Notes under the pieces: generated by a model
The model's input: the letters and a program-made list of their open reading frames with translations, nothing else
What the model was told of the DNA's origin: nothing
Database searches by the model: none
Origin: Paraspadella gotoi
Lineage: Eukaryota; Animalia; Chaetognatha
Assembly: GCA_051294375.1 (NCBI GenBank)
Contig: CM119264.1
Span: 28,119,905-28,183,904 of the forward strand
DNA: 64,000 bases
Direction: 5' to 3'
Part shown: positions 58,205 through 64,000 of the stretch, one piece after another
How the letters are laid out: each line of letters begins with the position of its first letter
Position numbering within the stretch: position 1 is the stretch's first letter
Translations under genes and position numbers: made by a program

Positions 58205-58955
58205 NNNNNNNNNNNNNNNNNNNNNNNNNNNNNNNNNNNNNNNNNNNNNNNNNNNNNNNNNNNNNNNNNNNNNNNNNNNNNNNNNNNNNNNNNNNNNNNN
58301 NNNNNNNNNNNNNNNNNNNNNNNNNNNNNNNNNNNNNNNNNNNNNNNNNNNNNNNNNNNNNNNNNNNNNNNNNNNNNNNNNNNNNNNNNNNNNNNNNNNN
58401 NNNNNNNNNNNNNNNNNNNNNNNNNNNNNNNNNNNNNNNNNNNNNNNNNNNNNNNNNNNNNNNNNNNNNNNNNNNNNNNNNNNNNNNNNNNAGAGATAGG
58501 AAGCTAAGAGAAAATGGAAAATTGCTTTCTTGGATTTGTTTTGAATTGAAAATAAACAAACGCAGACAGTTACCATGACGACAGTTTATCTCTCTAAACA
58601 AGTTGATGAATTTAACGAAAATAAACTTCGTTTTAAGGACGACGACGACGACGACGACGACGACGGAGACGTCGACTACGACGACATTCAGTAATACGAA
58701 AATAGAAAGTGAAATATTTTCTCTTCGATTTAACTTTTTCAAAGTTCAAAATCTTGTTCCCGAATTTCCCAACTTTCAATTAGAGAAATTAGTCGATCTC
58801 CATTTACTTCCTCCTCCTCCTCCTACTCCTCCTCCTCCTTTTCCTCCTCCTCCTCTCCCAGGGTCGAGATTTCGTCCATCTCATATTTCACTCACCCTTT
58901 TGCTCTCACACATCGGATTCCCTTGACCACACTTCTCTCTTCTCACTCCTCACAC

Positions 58956-59019
58956 CATCTTTCTCTCCAATTCGTTTTCTTATAAGAGTCAACCCCCAGC
59001 CACCCACAATTTGCTGATT
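58956..59019 (-). CDS. Possible exon encoding the start of a PH-like domain
   Basis: catgcag|-SANCGWLGVDSYKKTNWRER-TG|GTGTGA resembles the PH-domain beta1-beta2 pattern GWL...W..RW. Neighbouring exons were not found and N-gaps flank the region. Confidence 0.3.
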
Positions 59020-59047
59020 CTGCATGTTTTAACTTTTTGAAATTATC

Positions 59048-59081
<34 letters not shown>

Positions 59082-61356
59082 NNNNNNNNNNNNNNNNNNN
59101 NNNNNNNNNNNNNNNNNNNNNNNNNNNNNNNNNNNNNNNNNNNNNNNNNNNNNNNNNNNNNNNNNNNNNNNNNNNNNNNNNNNNNNNNNNNNNNNNNNNT
59201 CTCTCTCTCTCTCTGTGACCAAAAGCTTACTCTCTTTCGTCTTTGCCCTACCTTTTCTCGAACCTGGAACCGAATTGAATTCCTTCGCACGGTTTACCTC
59301 TTGAGGGTTGAATCGCTGGAAAGTTCTTACTTTCTCTCAGGGTAAGGCTCTTCATCTCTTAGAAGTCGATTACCGTTTCTTCTCTCACTTACCCTGTTGC
59401 AAGTTCTCTGCATCTCAGTCTTTAATCTCAAGAAGAGCGATCGCTTTCTTACTATTTTATCTTACTTATCTTTTTCTTCCTTACCTCTCTCTCAGGACGA
59501 CTTATCTTTCTCTTCCTTACCCTATTTCCATCCTACTTTTCTCAAGGTAGGTTCTCTTCTCTCTCCCCCAAATCCGGAAGCCTTTGTTCCAAAGCATCCG
59601 ACCTTGAATCTCCCCAGAGACTCGGAGGAAGGAATCGTCCGAGGGGTGCCGCCGCAGTATTCGCCGCGGTCGAAGCCGCAGCAACGCCGCTGCCGCTGCC
59701 ACAGACCCAACAGCCTCCGCCGCTGCCGCCGCTGTCGAACCCCTTCAGCAGCGGCCTTCTGCGGTGGCGGACGCGGCGGACGCGGCGGCAATCGTAAAGG
59801 TTTTTAAGNNNNNNNNNNNNNNNNNNNNNNNNNNNNNNNNNNNNNNNNNNNNNNNNNNNNNNNNNNNNNNNNNNNNNNNNNNNNNNNNNNNNNNNNNNNN
59901 NNNNNNNNNNNNNNNNNNNNNNNNNNNNNNNNNNNNNNNNNNNNNNNNNNNNNNNNNNNNNNNNNNNNNNNNNNNNNNNNNNNNNNNNNNNNNNNNNNNN
60001 NNNNNNNNNNNNNNNNNNNNNNNNNNNNNNNNNNNNNNNNNNNNNNNNNNNNNNNNNNNNNNNNNGTCTTCCTCAATTTAAAGTTTTTTTTTTATTCGAT
60101 TTAAAACTCGGTTTCACTTTAACGAGTAAAAAAAAATCCCTACACTCCCACTTCTTATTGAAAATTTCTTTTCCTTCCAGAATAAAAACTTCAAATTCTC
60201 TCGCGGATTTTTACTTTTTTTTTTCCTGATTTCGATTTTTTAGAAAAAATCCCAACTTCTGTCCTTCGCTTATATTTTTCCAGTTTTTTTTTGTCTCAAT
60301 AACAAAAAAACTAGAATCGAATTAAAATCAATAAGTCTTTCTATTTTTGTACCAGAACTCAAAGCGAGCGCGCCTGTTTAAAAAAAAATAAAATCGTTTC
60401 TCAATGTCACTTTTTTTTAGTCGAAATCGAATAAAATATGCGAGTTTTTTCTTCTTTTTTTTTTAATCAGCCCGACATCAGCTGTATCTCTTGTTTTTTA
60501 ATTTCATTTTCGTGAATGTCACTAAGTTTCACTTTTAGCAGCCGCTTTGCGTTCACAGAATGAGAAACTTAAAATGTTTTCCGATCCGTCGTGATAAATT
60601 TCCGAGTTTTTAAAATTAGATTCAAAGAAACGAATTCGAAAAGTTTTGCAAATTTACTATTTTTTTATTTTCTTTTTTTTTTTTATTTCCCCATTTTATC
60701 TAGTCTCACCTACGAGTGCGTGTGGAAGATTATAAGTTGGCACTTTCTCAATCTCTTTTCTGCCAAGAGCTCACTTACCTTTTGCTGGGGAATTTTTAAT
60801 TCACGTCTTTTTAAGCGAAAGAAATAGAAGAGTAAAGAAAAGAGGAACAAAAATATATGTCCTTTCGTAATATTTATTAATTATCATTTCTCCCTTGGAT
60901 AACTTTGTGCTTGTTCACAACATCAGGCGTGTCTTACTCTTAGTCCAATGCAATTTAATCAGGAATGCAGTCAAGATTGATGACTTGCTTGCTTCGCTTG
61001 CCTTACGTCTCGTTTACCAATCAGGGAACATACTCAATGGGAAAGTTCTCATGGGAGGAATTATGTATGAAGTAAAGTTTCCAGGGTGAGGAATTTAACA
61101 ATCAGAAAAAAAATTAACTGTTTTTTTATACTGTTTTTTAATAATGAGCATTTTGTTATTAAAATTCAAATACATTTTTTAAACTGGTTCCCGCTTTTAA
61201 AAAAGAGTTTTTTGTTTATGTTTAGCGTCGAATCTTATAAATCTAAATTTAACTTCAGCCTCAGGTTTTTTATTTTCAGATTTATTTTCTTCGCTTCGAG
61301 ATTTGCTTCGTCTCGTTTTGCAGACATCGACAACAAACATCGCAGACAGAGATAGA

Positions 61357-61389
<33 letters not shown>

Positions 61390-62596
61390 CACACCTGTGA
61401 CAATAACGACTACAACAACGAAGACTCCGCTCGGTCGAAGACGAGAAAAGCTGAACTCGTCTTTATATCTTATCTTCTTAACCCCAATTATCCTTTTCCG
61501 GTCATTAAACTAATCGTTACTAATTATATTAGTAATCACTACTAATCGTTACTAACGATGAACAAATTCAAGTCGAATTCCGTCTTCGTTGTTTTTGGTT
61601 TTTTTTATTTCGTCTTCTGAGAAAGAGTAACGTTGTTATGTTGTTGTTGTTGTCTCTCTCGTCTTTTCACGCTTCTGTTTTTTGTCTGTCTCTCCGTCCG
61701 TCTGTCTGTCTGTTTCCACATCTCCTCAATCTTCAGCCAGAAATTCCGCTGCTTTTCTTTCCAAATTTCTCTCTCTTTTCTTTTAGCTTAAAACGCCGCC
61801 GCCGCNNNNNNNNNNNNNNNNNNNNNNNNNNNNNNNNNNNNNNNNNNNNNNNNNNNNNNNNNNNNNNNNNNNNNNNNNNNNNNNNNNNNNNNNNNNNNNN
61901 NNNNNNNNNNNNNNNNNNNNNNNNNNNNNNNNNNNNNNNNNNNNNNNNNNNNNNNNNNNNNNNNNNNNNNNNNNNNNNNNNNNNNNNNNNNNNNNNNNNN
62001 NNNNNNNNNNNNNNNNNNNNNNNNNNNNNNNNNNNNNNNNNNNNNNNNNNNNNNNNNNNNNNNNNNNNNNNNNNNNNNNNNNNNNNNNNNNNNNNNNNNN
62101 NNNNNNNNNNNNNNNNNNNNNNNNNNNNNNNNNNNNNNNNNNNNNNNCGGGTCAGAAGATTTGTCGTTGTTGTTGTCGTTTCGTTTTTTAAAAAAACAGT
62201 AAAAAAGTGACCAACGATTCAATGACTCACTTTTTAATTCAAACGAAAAAAAGAACAAATTGTCAACTAAAAACAGAAACTCGTTTCTTGAATTGAAAAA
62301 AAAACGAAATTAAGAAAGAAAAAACGAGTTCGTTCGGTTTTCGACCTTTTTTCCTTTTTTTCTCCTTCTTCTTCTTCTCTTTCTTCTTCTTCTCCTTTTC
62401 ATGCTACTTCTTATTTTCCTTCTTATTCTCCTTCTCATTCTCCTTCTTCTCCTTCTCCTTCTTCTCCTGCACCTTTTCATTCTACTTTTTATTCTCCTTC
62501 TCATTCTCCTTCTTCTTCTACTTCTTCTTCTTTTGTAGCCAAAATCGAATTTAAAGTTTCTAATTAACACAAAACGCCCTTTTCACGATTTCAACT

Positions 62597-62631
<35 letters not shown>

Positions 62632-63264
62632 NNNNNNNNNNNNNNNNNNNNNNNNNNNNNNNNNNNNNNNNNNNNNNNNNNNNNNNNNNNNNNNNNNNNN
62701 NNNNNNNNNNNNNNNNNNNNNNNNNNNNNNNNNNNNNNNNNNNNNNNNNNNNNNNNNNNNNNNNNNNNNNNNNNNNNNNNNNNNNNNNNNNNNNNNNNNN
62801 NNNNNNNNNNNNNNNNNNNNNNNNNNNNNNNNNNNNNNNNNNNNNNNNNNNNNNNNNNNNNNNNNNNNNNNNNNNNNNNNNNNNNNNTCTCTCTCTCTCT
62901 TTCTCTCTCTTTCTTTCTCTCTCTCTCACCCGAATGTCTTAAGAATCCTTCTGCTTTTTCTCTGTTTTGTTTTCGATTTTCATCTCGTTTTTTTTAACAA
63001 AATATTTTTTTCGCTTTTTTAGCTTTTAAAAATCATAACTGTTGAAAAGGGTGCTTCTATTTTATTTAACCGGGTTAAATTGTTTACAAAAGATGACAAA
63101 ATTTTCATTCAAATATGTATGTTTGTTGGTTTTTTGTTCTTTAAGAATTTAAAATAATAAGATGAAAAATGGTTAATATTTAACTAAAATAATTCTTTCA
63201 CAAATTGGTCTTCGTATTTGATGCTGAATTTTATCGTCGTTTTTATAAAAACTGAACCTTTGAA

Positions 63265-63295
<31 letters not shown>

Positions 63296-63866
63296 NNNNN
63301 NNNNNNNNNNNNNNNNNNNNNNNNNNNNNNNNNNNNNNNNNNNNNNNNNNNNNNNNNNNNNNNNNNNNNNNNNNNNNNNNNNNNNNNNNNNNNNNNNNNN
63401 NNNNNNNNNNNNNNNNNNNNNNNNNNNNNNNNNNNNNNNNNNNNNNNNNNNNNNNNNNNNNNNNNNNNNNNNNNNNNNNNNNNNNNNNNNNNNNNNNNNN
63501 NNNNNNNNNNNNNNNNNNNNNNNNNNNNNNNNNNNNNNNNNNNNNNNNNNNNNNNNNNNNNNNNNNNNNNNNNNNNNNNNNNNNNNNNNNNNNNNNTAAA
63601 AATTTTGTTCGATTTTAACCACTTTTTTACAAGGTTGGTCTGGTAGCTTGCAATTTTTTTTCATTTGCTTGCTCTATTAGTTTCTGTTGTTTACATTACG
63701 AACGTTCGTTATTTCGACAATTGTTATTTTCTTATTTAAACATTGGATCATTTCATACGTCGTAGCAACATCCTTACATCCGCCGACCTTTTTTTGTCAG
63801 ATCGACGCGTTTCCATTTGGAATAAAAAGAAAAGATTCCATCAATTACAGTTCCTGTCATCGTTGC

Positions 63867-63905
<39 letters not shown>

Positions 63906-64000
63906 TGTTCCGTTGTCTAACGCCGCCTTTTGTAATTGGGTCACATTCATTGTATCGGAAACGTTTGACTTAGTTTTTCCCAATGAAAAAAGAAAAAATT

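Noticed and set aside
60895-61089. 64-aa + strand ORF ending at a GTGAGG donor-like site
   Set aside because: No recognisable motif and no connectable neighbouring exons.

Overview
Eukaryotic, most likely invertebrate animal, nuclear DNA from a gapped draft assembly. It is AT-rich, saturated with (AG)n, (GAC/TCG)n, (TTTC)n, (ATT)n and (AATC)n microsatellites, and most N-gaps abut (AG)n tracts. Nearly all ORFs in the supplied track are microsatellite artefacts. Reading splice sites and phases by hand gives two + strand exon chains. (1) An 8-exon, phase-consistent chain at 21443-43788 encodes about 600 aa of Ser/Pro/Thr-rich, probably disordered protein with several YxxP motifs; I found no stop exon for it. 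(2) A 6-7 exon Rab-family small GTPase at 48392-56397 has G1-G5 motifs, a non-canonical G3 (WDSAVQE), an apparent frameshift in exon 2 and a polybasic CaaX tail (KSRKKKRCVIL). The two chains may be one 'large Rab' gene, which is inference. Also present: two kb-scale inverted duplications around N-gaps and one ~0.9 kb tandem duplication (probably assembly or haplotype artefacts), a hairpin/(GTCG)n DINE-1/HINE-like element family, two MITE types, tRNA-like SINE heads and several minisatellites. I see no prokaryotic systems, CRISPR array, rRNA or intact tRNA.
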